64,000 nt of DNA, from assembly GCA_951406725.2 (NCBI GenBank), contig OX597828.1:43462001-43526000 (forward strand), given 5' to 3'. The notes beneath the pieces are model-generated. The model did no database searches. It was given only the letters and a program-made list of their open reading frames with translations, and was not told where the DNA came from. Position numbers and translations under genes: made by a program. This DNA comes from Octopus vulgaris. Taxonomy: Eukaryota. Position 1 is the stretch's first letter; each line of letters begins with the position of its first letter. Below, in pieces: positions 51,391-64,000 of the stretch.

Positions 51391-52683
51391 CATTGGAAAA
51401 TTGTAAAACATAACTGTCACCAGTTTTCAATTGTATAAACTAAAAGTCGGAGATGGACAGGATAAACTACTTGTATCAAATTGCTATACAACCTGGTAGT
51501 AATTTTGCCTAGTTCTTATTCTTAGAGCAAGTTTTGAAGAGTGCAGTTTGATTTTAACAGTTATTTTTTCAAAGCTATAATGGAAGTGATAAAGGAGCAT
51601 ATTTGGCATGCCTTGCTTTATGAGTTCAAAAAAGGCAACAAAGCAACGGAAAGTGCAAGGAATATTAATGCAGCATTTGCGGATCGGAGAATAAGCGTAA
51701 GCCAGAGTCAACGCTGGTTTCAGAAATTTCGAGCCGGAAACTACTGCCTAGAAGACAAGCCTCGTTACGGAAGATCTGCAGAGCTCGCTGAACAAAATTT
51801 TGGGGGAACAAAATGCCATCGGAACTGTTGAGAAGCTAGCAGAAAAGCTTGGATTTGGTCATTCAGTGAATGACCAAATCCAAGCTTTGGTCATTCATCG
51901 CCCCCTGTATATCATCGGAAAAGTTAGCAAACTCGGTCAATGGGTTTCTCACAAACTTTCCGATTTTAATCATGCGCAGAAAGTGAATGTATATTCTTCT
52001 TTGCTATCACATCTGACGAATGAACCCTTTTTCGACCGAATAGTGACTGATGACGAGAAATGTGTTCTCTACAAAAATGTCATGCGCCGAAGACCGTGGT
52101 TAGAGAAGGGAGAAACACTGGCACCCCAGGCTAAAGAACGTCTTCACCTACGTAAGGTGTTGTGATCTACTCGGTGGGATATGAAAGGTTTAAACCACTT
52201 TGAACTTTTCTACAGAAACCAACCGATAACAAAGGAGACATACTGCGAGTAGCCTGAGCGGCTTAAGTCAGCGCTAGAAAAAAACGACCATCAATGATTT
52301 CAAGACGAAACGTGTTCCTCCATCAGGATAATGCTCGGTCACATACAACGAGGATGACATTCCAAAGGTTGAAGCAGTTTGAATGTGAAAAGATGCCCAA
52401 CCCGCCATATTTGCCAGACATTGCCCCATCTGATTATCCTTTATTCCACAGTCTTCAAAATCATTTGGACAGAAAAAATATGAATTCTGTAGACGATGTC
52501 AGAATAGAATAGGAGGAGTATTTTTCGTCATAACAAGTGAACTTTGGAAGAGAGGCCTTACAAATCTATCATATGGATGGAAGAGCATTGTAGAAAATGA
52601 AGGAGAGTATATTTTAAGTGAAAAATGAACTTCGTTTATCCTAAAGGATTAAAATACCGCAGTATTTATGTCATAACCCAATA
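51391..52683 (+). pseudogene. Near full-length mariner (DD34D) transposon, transposase pseudogene about 51580-52620
   Basis: MEVIKEHIWHALLYEFKKG..., WVSHKL, IVTDDEK, LHQDNARSH, PYLPDIAPSDYPLF with 34 residues between the second and third D. Several frameshifts and stops. 3' TIR-like ...TTTATGTCATAACCCAA+TA, and the 5' TIR is not visible. Confidence 0.93.
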
Positions 52684-53242
52684 CTCATAAATACGTATAC
52701 TTTTAGCAATATTTACAGCAGTCTGAGCAACCGCTACACGATCAACAAAAACAATAAAAAAATCGTCAACATTAAAAGAAAACATTAAAACAACTACAAT
52801 CATAAAGAAGAACAGTAAGATAGGGATAAAGAGGCAGTTACCTTTTAGAAAAAGAAACTATAGGAAATTTTGCTGGAAACCATTTTATGGCCAACTAAGC
52901 GAGACAGTTTATAAAGATTATTAGAGCTTTTAGAACTGGACCGAAAATGGCTTGGCTAGAAAGGGGATGACGAGAGAAATCTATTTACTCCCTTACTTCT
53001 TCAGAATTATCTACCTCCCAGTTTTATCCCCCACCTCTCTCTATATATATATATCCATTTATCTACCTTAAGCACACATATAGGTATCAGTCGATTTGTC
53101 TAGCAAACACAAACACACTTACATTACCCAGACACATATACACCGTCACTGATAATAAATGAGTTATACTGTTGCAATGTTTGTCAATTATATGAAGTTG
53201 TTCGTACATATGAATATTTTTCTGTTTGTTTTTATAGTATGT

Positions 53243-53490
53243 TACAGAATATCCTACTAAAATCGGAATACTAAAATCGCCATATCGCGGTTCACCTATC
53301 GCGGTTTATTACCTAAGCTTACGTCGATTCCTCCGTGGCGTTATTTTGCCTTTATAATAAAATATATATATACAAATTATGAAAATAATGAAAAAAATAT
53401 AGAGTGCAGTACTGTTTCTACTTCGCGGATTCTCACCTATCGCGGGGAGTTTTGGAATGTAACATCCGCGATAGTCTAGGGATTACTGTA
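53243..53490. mobile_element. Tigger/pogo-like MITE
   Basis: End CCGCGATAGTCTAGGGATTACTG+TA and repeated CCTATCGCGG subterminal motifs. The left end is degenerate. Confidence 0.55.
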
Positions 53491-53534
53491 AAACAGTAGA
53501 ATATAAACTTATAAACGTATATATGTGCATATAG

Positions 53535-54062
53535 TTTTTTTTTATTTTCTTTATTAGGTTAAGCTTGAGAGCTGAGGCCATGCTGGGGCAGCGCTGTTAA
53601 CTTTGCCACACTTCCCTTACTTGAAACTGCCCTTGATATGCGTCATTTGCTAAATGAGGGCAATTGATGTTTCTAACCTCTTCTGTGCTTCTTGCTGTTA
53701 GGTAGGTTCATCCAGGAGGAGATGCACCTTCGTTATGAAGACGCCTACTCCATTCCATGTAAATTTACCGGGCTTTTGGGGAGTATAATGAAGGGCTGTG
53801 CACCCTTGAAATCTAAGCTGTTGCAATATCTGGTACTGCACCCTAATGGCAATTTTAGGATCTTTCGTACTATGCCGTGACGCCCCAGTTTGTAATTTGT
53901 CAAACACATGTAGACTTATCGGGCTTTTTGGGGAGGATGTTGAAAGCCTATGGGCTTTTGGAACCCAAGCTGCAGCAGTATCTGGTCCTATATACTCATA
54001 GCAATGTTGGCAGTTTTGGCACTATGCAACAGAGTTAGCGACGGAATGACTTTGACAAACAT
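53535..54062 (-). pseudogene. CR1-like LINE 3' end with a duplicated ORF2 C-terminal segment
   Basis: Minus strand GRHGIVRKILKLPLGCSTRYCNSLDFKGAQPFIILPKS..NLHG. A second diverged copy lies at 53915-54062. The 3' end GCGCTGCCCCAGCATGGCCTCAGCTCTCAAGCT is followed by an A-rich tail. Confidence 0.75.
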
Positions 54063-54634
54063 CTGATTGACCTTTTAGCCATCGATTAATAGGTTGGTTA
54101 GATAAGTAGCAAATTGACTTATAATAAAAGATTGAAATTGGACTAGTGCGTGTGGTTATTATTATTCCCGTAATGCTCCTCCCAATATGGAACTAGTCTA
54201 AACCAAATACAAAAGCCAAGCACCAGCAATAATTTTTCTTGGGCACTAAAATATTGTGTAACTGAGGTTTCAAATATAAAATACGTTATCAGCATTTTGT
54301 CCTTAATACCTGTACAACAAAATTGGATTATTGTATAGCGATACACGTTTAGTTTATCTGTCAATAGTTATCGTATTAAAGCTAAATCGATCCTTAAAAC
54401 GACACGTTTAATGATTGTCTGGACATAAATTTTTAATGATACCAGTTGTATGCATTGCTCCAGCATGGTCGTAATTGCATAAAGCAGCACGGATCTACTA
54501 AATTATTCCGGTTTGCGCATGTTGTAACAATATTATTTCGATCGGTGAAAAAAATTTGTTTTTAAAAGTTTACTTGATGTAGTATCGCCAGAGATGTAAC
54601 ACTTGATTAACCAGCTCTAATACAAGCTTTGTGT

Positions 54635-54938
54635 AGGCACATGGCCTAGTGGTTAGAGCAGCGGACTGGCGGTCGAGGGATCGCGGGTTCGAATCTCAGA
54701 CCTGGCGATGTGTGTATGTTTATGAGCGAAATACCTAAATTCCACGCGGCTCCGGCAGAAGGTAATGGCGAACTTCTGCCGACTCTTTCGCCACAACTTT
54801 CTCTCACTCTTTCCTCCTGCATCTTGCAGCTCACCTGCGTCTGACCGGCGTCCCGTCCAGGTGGGAAACCTATACGCCAAGGAAACCGGGAAACCGGCAC
54901 TATGAGCCCGCGTGGCTCGAGAAGGAACAAACAACAAT
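54635..54938 (+). mobile_element. SINE family C variant with the 48129-type 3' module
   Basis: TGGCCTAGTGGTTAGAGCAGCGGAC...GGTTCGAATCT head, GACCGGCGTCCCGTCCAGG...GGAAACCGGGAAACCGG, and an (AAC)n tail. Confidence 0.85.
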
Positions 54939-54984
54939 ACATGTTTTACCATATAATCTTGTGTTGTTATACCTTCCCACTCAG

Positions 54985-55219
54985 AAGGCGGTGAGCTGGC
55001 TGAAACGTTAGCAGGCCGGGCGAAATGCGTAGCCGTATTTCGTCTGCTGTTACGTTCTGAGTTCAAATTCCGCCGTGGTCGCCTTTGCCTTTCATCCTTT
55101 CGGGGTCGATAACTTAATTACCAGTTACGCACTGGGTTCCATGTAATCAACTTAATCCGTTTGTCTGTCCTTGTTTGTCCTCTCTGCGTTTAGCCCCTTG
55201 TGGGTAGTAAAGAAATAGG
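54985..55219 (+). mobile_element. SINE family B, full-length
   Basis: AGGCGGTGAGCTGGC head through GCCCCTTGTGGGTAGTAAAGAAATAGG. Confidence 0.9.
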
Positions 55220-55482
55220 GGATCTTTTCGGTTTGGCCGGCAGATTTTTAAAATAATTTCTTTGTAACTAAACACTTTTAAACTTCGTATACTGGTAGAA
55301 TGTGTTTATAAAACATATTTTTCTCTTGGCTTTCTTGAGAAAATTCTGTAGTTTGTAAGATATTTGGTCTTAATTTCTTAATTTTCGGCAATTTCAACCA
55401 ATCAATGACGTCTATTGAGGTGAAAACAATATCTGACGAAGTCTGTCAACAGCAATTTTTGCGGTGTCATATGAAAATAATC
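55219..55482. mobile_element. Possible MITE
   Basis: Imperfect terminal inverted similarity GGATCTTTTCGGTTTG / CATATGAAAATAATCC. Confidence 0.3.
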
Positions 55483-55628
55483 CGCCGCGGTCGACTTTGC
55501 CTTTCATCCTTTGGGGCTCGATAAATAAAGTACTAGTTTCGCACTGGGGCTCATGCAATCGACTTAATCCCTTTGCTTGTCCTTGTTTGTCCCCTCTATG
55601 CTTAGCCCCTTGTGGGCAATAAAGAAGT
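55483..55628 (+). mobile_element. 5'-truncated SINE family B
   Basis: CGCCGCGGTCGACTTTGCCTTTCATCC...GCCCCTTGTGGGCAATAAAGAA. Confidence 0.85.
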
Positions 55629-55817
55629 ATATACCTTTCCACTCAAACATAGAGAAAGCTGTAAGAATACATAACCGAACGAAATATAAATACGTATCCG
55701 AAATGGATTTGAACTATTGAGCTACTGACAACAAGGCATACTGCCCACCTATATCTTAGCCTCTTGCCTCTAAAGCCTCTATCATTCTCCGCTATTGCTT
55801 TATTATAAACGATTCGA

Positions 55818-55870
<53 letters not shown>

Positions 55871-56281
55871 TGCGCGTGCGTGAGTGTGTTTTTATGTGAG
55901 TATGTGCGTATTATTTTCATAAACATCTCAACTATTCCAGCCTGGTCCTAAGTTAACAGGAAGCCATCTTTCTCTCTCTCTCTCTCTACCTATCTATATA
56001 TCTATCTATTCATCTATTCTAGGCTATTCTAGTCTTATTCTATTATATTTTATCTACCTACCTACCTACCTACCTACCTACCTACCTACATAATATGTAC
56101 TTCCTTTCAAACACTATCAAGAATTTCAGCAACATTAGAAGAAAAAGGAACCATAAAACATCACACACACATACATACATACAACACACGCACAAACACG
56201 CGCACGCACGCACACACGTTACATGTGCGTGTGAGTACGTATATATGTATATGTGCTTATATATGTGTGTGTGTATATATA

Positions 56282-56411
<130 letters not shown>

Positions 56412-56515
56412 TATATATGTATATAAATATATGTATATATATATATATATATATATGTATACATATATATATATGTATATAAATATATGTGTATATATAT
56501 ATATATATATATGTG

Positions 56516-56641
<126 letters not shown>

Positions 56642-57867
56642 TATGCGGTGTTCTACAGGTTATCAAATTTTGACATGCTATGCACATTCCACCAAGATCT
56701 GTTTGATACTGTCTCCCTGCCCGAAAATAAGATTAGGGAAATGGCAGGATGTTGTAAAGTTATTAACCGAATCAAAAACGTAACACCGGTGCAAATAAAT
56801 TAAACTTGTTCACCATCAGTCTCTGGTGATTGCTAACAAAATATGTTTGCACCACCCGACAAGACAAGAGTCGCCTGCCTTCCATGGACTTCTATCAGCT
56901 TCTGTCAATCTACAGCAAGATATAAAAACACAACACAAAAACATAGAGAGCGTAGAGACATTATAAATGGCGAACGAAAAAATTTTTAAATACCATCGTC
57001 ATATCCTCATCAACAACAACACAAAAACTGCAAACAATGTCAGCGTGAATTATAATAGAAGATATATATGTATATATATATATATGTATGTATGTATAAA
57101 TGAACGCTGTGTTGACCCATTGTATGCATAGAAAACTTAATAAGTTCCTTCAGTGTCTTCTTTGAGGTTCAGTTGCGTCCTGTTGTAATAAGAAACAAAG
57201 GATAGAGTTTGGACATGACACATGAGTACTATTTGTATTTATGCTGTTGTTGTTGTTGCTGTCGTGATAGTGGTGACGGCCGCCTGGAGGAACGAAGTGG
57301 TGGCGGTGCTGGTTTTAGTGATGTTGTAGTGATGTGATGGTGGTGGTAGTGCTGATGGTCCTTGGACAAGTTGCTTTATGCTTTTTTATAAATTAGATAA
57401 TATAACAGTGACGCTGTCTGCCACACACCCTCCCACTCTACCGGTCTCTTTTTCTCCCTCCCTTTCCCCTATTTCCCCTCTCTCCCCCTCCCCTTCTCTG
57501 CCTCTCTCTTTATATAGCTGTATGTATATATATATCTATATATGTATACATGTATATATATATGTATATACATATTTATATATTCATGTATATGTGTATA
57601 TACGTATATATATATATATATATACATGTATATATACATATTTATATATACACATCTATGGAACATATTTATACCTGACTATATGATTTAGTAGATATAT
57701 ACGCATATATATGTATATGTATATCTATATATAGCTAGCAAGCTATATTTATACAGAGTACATGTGAGTGAGTATGCGTGTATATATATTATATATATAT
57801 ATATACACACATATATATATATATATATACATATACATAGACACATATATATATATATACGAGTCTG

Positions 57868-57899
<32 letters not shown>

Positions 57900-57986
57900 C
57901 TTACATTTATATATATATATATATATGTATATACATTTATATATATATATATATACATACACACATACATACACACACACGCGCGC

Positions 57987-58069
<83 letters not shown>

Positions 58070-58574
58070 TATATGCGTTTATGCATGTGTATGTCTTACA
58101 CTTGTCGACATATAATTTGCTGTCCTTTGCTTATGTCGTTGATGACAGTATTCATGTCGAAAACGATCCAACCGTTAGTATTCTTGTTGTTGCTTTTGTT
58201 GTCACGGTAACTTTACTGTTTCTTTCCTGCCCACACATCCTTCAAACTATCTCTGCACTTTGTCAGGGCGGCTGAGTGTAAAGTCTCATGTCATTTGGTC
58301 TTCTTTTCTCCATCTAGGTTAATTATATCAGTCTAAATTAAATAAGTGAATAAGACGAGAAATAAGTACATAATTTTGTCAAAAAATTCAACAGATAAAT
58401 TTCAGGAAATACACCTTACATTGCCGCCAAATCTATATGGTGTAAGAAGGCGAGACAGCATAATTCTTGTCAGTCACCCTTCAACACAATTCGTCTATTG
58501 TTTCAAGACACACACGCCAGCGCGCTGACATATAGTTCTGAACGTTATGGATCTATCTATCTATTTCTGTATAT

Positions 58575-58606
<32 letters not shown>

Positions 58607-58691
58607 CTGGATATGTATAAAACGTGTGCATATATATATATATATATATAAATATATATATATATACACACGTATATACATGCACACACAC

Positions 58692-58726
<35 letters not shown>

Positions 58727-58752
58727 TATATATATATATTTATATATATAAT

Positions 58753-59020
58753 GAGAATTCCTTTGGCCATAGGTGACCGTGGAATTGCACCTGGAAAGTT
58801 ACCCTCCCGGGCACAAGCAGTCGCCCATGCATACGGGCCTCCCCTCTCCAAGCCACCAGTGTTATCCAAGGGAAAGGCAAACGCTGATACAGCTTGGCAC
58901 CTGTGACGTCGCAACACATTTCTACAGCTGAGTGAACTGGAGCAGCGTGAAATAAAGTGTCTTGCTCAAGAACACAACACGCAACGGGGTCCGAGATTCG
59001 AACCCACAACCTCACGATCG
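58753..59020 (-). mobile_element. SINE family D
   Basis: Matches copies at 5741 and 8450. B-box GAGATTCGAACCC. Confidence 0.85.
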
Positions 59021-59021
59021 T

Positions 59022-59091
<70 letters not shown>

Positions 59092-59093
<2 letters not shown>

Positions 59094-59820
59094 ACATTGT
59101 TCATGATGTGAAAGTGACACCGACATTAGTCTCGGATCACAACATAATAGAGCTGTCTATGCTTGGGCCGAAAGTAACCAGAGATATACAGCCTAAATGA
59201 AGCACCCGAAAACTCTCCAATCTCAACTTCCACAAAACAGATTGGAAATCGATCCAAAAAGAGAACCTCAGAGAGGACTGGCCGAAATGTCTCTCCACAC
59301 CAGACGTTGACATGAATCTAGAATGTTTCATGTCTTCTGTGCAAGCCATATGCCAGAAATATGTCCCAGAGCACAAGGCCAAAACAAATAAGAGCAAGAT
59401 TCAAAGAGAGAGGAAGATCCTCATGAGACAACGGACGAAGGTTGCAAATCGACTCAACCAACATCGCAAACGTAGCGAAACGTCCCACCTAAAAACAACA
59501 CTGATGGAGATCGAAAATAGGTTGCAACAATCCTATTTGAGGGAGAAAGCAGACAAAGAAGCCAGGTTTTAAAAAACATTAAATCAAACCCAAAGGCCTT
59601 CTTTCATTACGCGAAAGAAACAGCCTCAGTACACTACAAGATAGGACCCCTCCTCCAAAAGGATGGCTCCCTCACAGACAATCCAGCTAAGATCAGTGAG
59701 ATACTGAATGACCAGTCAAAAGTGTCTTTACCACCCCGTTGGAACACAGACAAGTGAACGAACCAGTGGATTTCTTTGCCGCCTCACCTATAACCAGCAA
59801 GGCAGTTACAATGGAATATA
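59092..59820 (+). pseudogene. CR1-clade LINE ORF2 fragment (APE C-terminus to pre-RT linker)
   Basis: SDHNIIEL..., NFHKTDWKSI, QKYVPE, IKSNPKAFFHYAK, IGPLLQKDGSLTDNPAKISEILNDQ, KSVFT. In-frame stops and a frameshift, with (TA)n on both sides. Confidence 0.9.
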
Positions 59821-59829
59821 ATGTGTGTG

Positions 59830-60352
<523 letters not shown>

Positions 60353-60401
60353 TACGTGTACGGATATGTGTGTATATATATATTTCCATATGTATATATA
60401 T

Positions 60402-60445
<44 letters not shown>

Positions 60446-61011
60446 CATGTGTGTGTTTATATGTGTACATGTATGTGTGTGTATATACATACCTCATTAT
60501 ATGCATGTAGGTATATATCCAATCAGCTATGTGAGTATGTATGAATAATGATGTAGAAATGTAGACACGCATATATATTTGTATGAATGCATCTACGCAT
60601 GTATATATATATCTGCGTAGGATTTTAAATACAATATCACTATTCTTAACAACCGCAGAACGTGAGCACGTGCGAATGTGTGTAGGCGATGAGAAAATAT
60701 ATTAATTAATAGTTTATTTGAAAGCCCCTTAGTAATTGAAGTAATTAGATAGATTCACTATGAATACGTACGTTATACACGCTGGAATATTCTTCTAAGA
60801 GTTACGTGTGTATACTCATTTTCTCGAAAATACACTGATGATGATTATTTAATAAATTAATCCGCCTTTGAAATGGCCAGGAATTCTCTGGAACTTCTAT
60901 TTAAACACACAATATTAAACTCATTGATATATACACAGTCACGTACACACAATTATGCAATATGCTTGTGTGTGTTTGTACATGTATATATCTGAATATG
61001 TATATATATAC

Positions 61012-61112
<101 letters not shown>

Positions 61113-61339
61113 TAGATGTATGCACTATATGTATGTGTATATGTATGTATATGCACACACATATATACATGGATGTGTGTGTATATGTGTACCTGTGCAT
61201 GGGTCCATGTTTATATATGTCTAAATTAATAATAATTTTTGTGTGGGTGTCGTATTTACTGTTAAGGCAATACAACTATACATATATTTGTTTTCTAAGA
61301 ACACTCTTATGCAAACGAACACACGCATATAGATAGACA

Positions 61340-61955
61340 GACACACACACATACATACACACATAAATACATACATACATAAATACATACATATACATGC
61401 ATGCATACATACATACATACATACATACATACATACATACATACATACATACATACATACATACCTACATGCACAGATACATATCAATCTTGAGAAATTG
61501 AGCTTCTCAGGACCAGAAAGGAGAAAGCTAATTCGAAGTCTACGGATCCGAGCTATCTCTGGAACTGTAAAAATCGGTAAAACTCTCCCGAAATTTATCC
61601 TTTAAATATATATGAACATGTCTAGACATGCAACTGTATGCATGAGAACGCATACACAAAACGTACAAATCTGCATATACATACATACATACATACATAC
61701 ATACATACATACATACATACAAACATACATACATACATATATACCTATATACATACATGAATGCATGCATACATACATACATACATACATACATACATAC
61801 ATACATACATACATACATACATACATGCATACATACATACATGCATACATACATACATACATATATGCCTATATACATACATGCATGCATGCATACATAC
61901 GTACGTACATACATACATACAAACATACATACGTAAATACATATCTACACACATA
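61340..61955. repeat. (CATA)n microsatellite cluster
   Basis: Seen directly, interrupted at about 61485-61670. Confidence 0.9.
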
Positions 61956-62066
61956 CAAAAATTCTCTGTTGATGATGTTGAAATTCCAATGAAGGAGCCT
62001 CGGATCTAGGTTAGAAACCGGTACTTTCTCTGTAGGCAAGAAATCTTGAATTAAAATTGAATAACA
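61956..62066 (+). mobile_element. About 110-bp element embedded in (CATA)n, copy 2
   Basis: Homologue of 3859-3972 with the same start. Confidence 0.8.
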
Positions 62067-62440
62067 TACATACATACATGCATGCATGCATAGCTACATA
62101 CATGCATGCATGCATAGCTACATACATGCATACACATTTATACGCATTAGTTAATCCCTGTCACGAAAGTTGCATTGTGTCTAGCGAATGCGAGAAGAAT
62201 GATTAGAAAGATGTAGAGATTTTGCTTCTTAATAACATAAAATTATATCCTTTGACAAGACTTTCAGGTAAATGCGATCATCAGGCAAGAAGTATTATGC
62301 TTAGGTGATTAGTGTAGAATAATCTACGAATAGATGAGTTAGTGGATCACCGTGGATGTCCACACCACCAATCCAGTCATTGTTTCTGACGACCAATTCT
62401 TAAAGCCGCTGAAGAATTTGTAGAGATATATCCGTTTGTA

Positions 62441-62846
62441 TACTCTTTTTACTTGTTTCAGTCATTTGACTGCGGCCATGCTGGAGCACCGCCTTTAGTT
62501 GAGCAAATCGACCCCGGGACTTATTCTTTCTAAGCCCAGTACTTATTCCATCACTCTCTTTTGCCGAACCGCTAAGTGACGGATACGTAAACACACCAGC
62601 ATCGGTTGTCAAGCAATGCTAGGGGGACAAACACAGACACACAAACGCACACACACATGCATACATATATATATACATATATACGACAGGCTTCTTTCAG
62701 TTTCCGTCTACCAAATCCACTCACAAGGCATTGGTCGGCCCGGGGCTATAGCAGAAGACACTTGCCCAAGACGCCACGCAGTGGGACTGAACCCGGAACC
62801 ATGTGGTTGGTTAGCAAGCTACTTACCACACAGCCACTCCTGCGCC
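62441..62846 (-). mobile_element. SINE family A, young full-length copy
   Basis: Complete and near-identical to copies at 11565 and 12422. Confidence 0.95.
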
Positions 62847-63207
62847 TATGATGTACTTTCTCAATTTCAAATTTTAGTCGTGACGATTTGGACTAAGATA
62901 GAACATAAGCGTGTAACGAAGACTAAATTGGAGCCGCATTATGACAAAATGGTTTATAAGTATATTCGATAGTCTATATGTATACATATTTATGTATATG
63001 TGTGTATTTTGATGTAGATTTACTCATACTTGTTAGCGTGTGTGGGTGTGGGGTGTTTCAATGGGTATAACTTTACATATATGATTACATAGACTTCTGT
63101 ATCATATATCCTTGAGTATAATAAATTTAACAATTATCTTGCGCATATAAAATATGTTATAATGTAATATAATATAACAATATAATATATATGTATTACG
63201 TATTACA

Positions 63208-63246
<39 letters not shown>

Positions 63247-63601
63247 TTATGTACTTTTCATTAACGTCTTACGATTTTATTGTAAGTAATTTACGAATAT
63301 TGAATTTAAAACCCATTTTGAAGTGATTTATATAATTTCAAACTCGAAATAAATATTCATGTTGAATACAATCCTTTTGGGAAACGATAGGGTTTCACAC
63401 ATAATTATCAGAAATATGTAACTGCGTCCCTACAGCCGTTGGCATATCACGTGATCACTCCAAACAGCTAGATATGGTTAGACACCATTTCTCTCAAGGA
63501 ATATCCATTCGTCTACGAAGTATTAAGTATACCTTGGATAATCTACCGCGATTCACACATAACCATACACACACACACATACACTCAGACAGATATATAT
63601 G

Positions 63602-63681
<80 letters not shown>

Positions 63682-63683
<2 letters not shown>

Positions 63684-63870
63684 CGTGGTCTCATCAATAA
63701 GTATCCGGAGAGTTGTTATAGTAACGAAGCGAAAGCACGCAAAGTGAATTCACTTGGTACAGATAGTCCTTGAAATCTCGTGTGCGTGCGCACTGAGTTT
63801 TAGTGTTCAACCTCACTCCCGCTGTTTACAGCAATGCTTGAAATGAAGGTGTGTAGCATGTGATCGTCGA
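63682..63870 (+). mobile_element. Mariner 5' end (same family as 18075-18436)
   Basis: TACGTGGTCTCATCAATAAGTATCCGG...GTGTAGCATGTGATCGTCG aligns with the reverse complement of 18270-18436. Confidence 0.7.
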
Positions 63871-63871
63871 T

Positions 63872-64000
63872 TAAATCGACTCGTGTTTAACTGGTACTTA
63901 ATTTTATCGACTCCGAAATGACGAAAGGCGAAGTAGACCCCGTCGGCATTTCAACACTGAACGGTGAGTTGAAAGGGATGGCCGTAAAGCACTTTTCCTG
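63872..64000 (-). mobile_element. Diverged SINE family B running off the window
   Basis: AACTGGTACTTAATTTTATCGAC...GAAAGGCGAAGTAGACC. Confidence 0.65.

Noticed and set aside
51541-52512. Domesticated SETMAR-like host gene
   Set aside because: Multiple frameshifts and stops, a 3' TIR-like end and no SET-domain exon, so this is a dead transposon copy.

Overview
This is eukaryotic, very AT-rich, microsatellite-saturated non-coding DNA. The repeat landscape looks like an octopus or other coleoid cephalopod (inference from SINE families and simple-repeat load). I cannot support any host protein-coding exon. Nearly all listed ORFs are translations of (TA)n, (CA)n, (TATC)n, (CATA)n or trinucleotide repeats. 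Recognisable content: about 30 copies of at least four tRNA-derived SINE families (called A-D here), decayed LINE fragments (CR1-like, Tx1-like, RTE-like), mariner and Tc1 transposase pseudogenes, a non-autonomous Helitron, MITE-like elements, a 24-bp minisatellite and a tRNA-Ile pseudogene split by a SINE. The most interesting signal is a population of short non-coding elements, mostly sitting in or next to (TA)n tracts and often folded back as inverted repeats. They carry type-I hammerhead ribozyme folds, with near-canonical ones at 44176-44269, 41114-41164/43699-43749 and 18839-18885 and core variants elsewhere. They are most simply read as Penelope-like pseudo-LTR or retrozyme-type elements. 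Two SINE/LINE 3'-tail partnerships are also visible in the window (SINE A with a CR1-like LINE, SINE B with a Tx1-like LINE). All structures were folded and aligned by eye, and no search was run.
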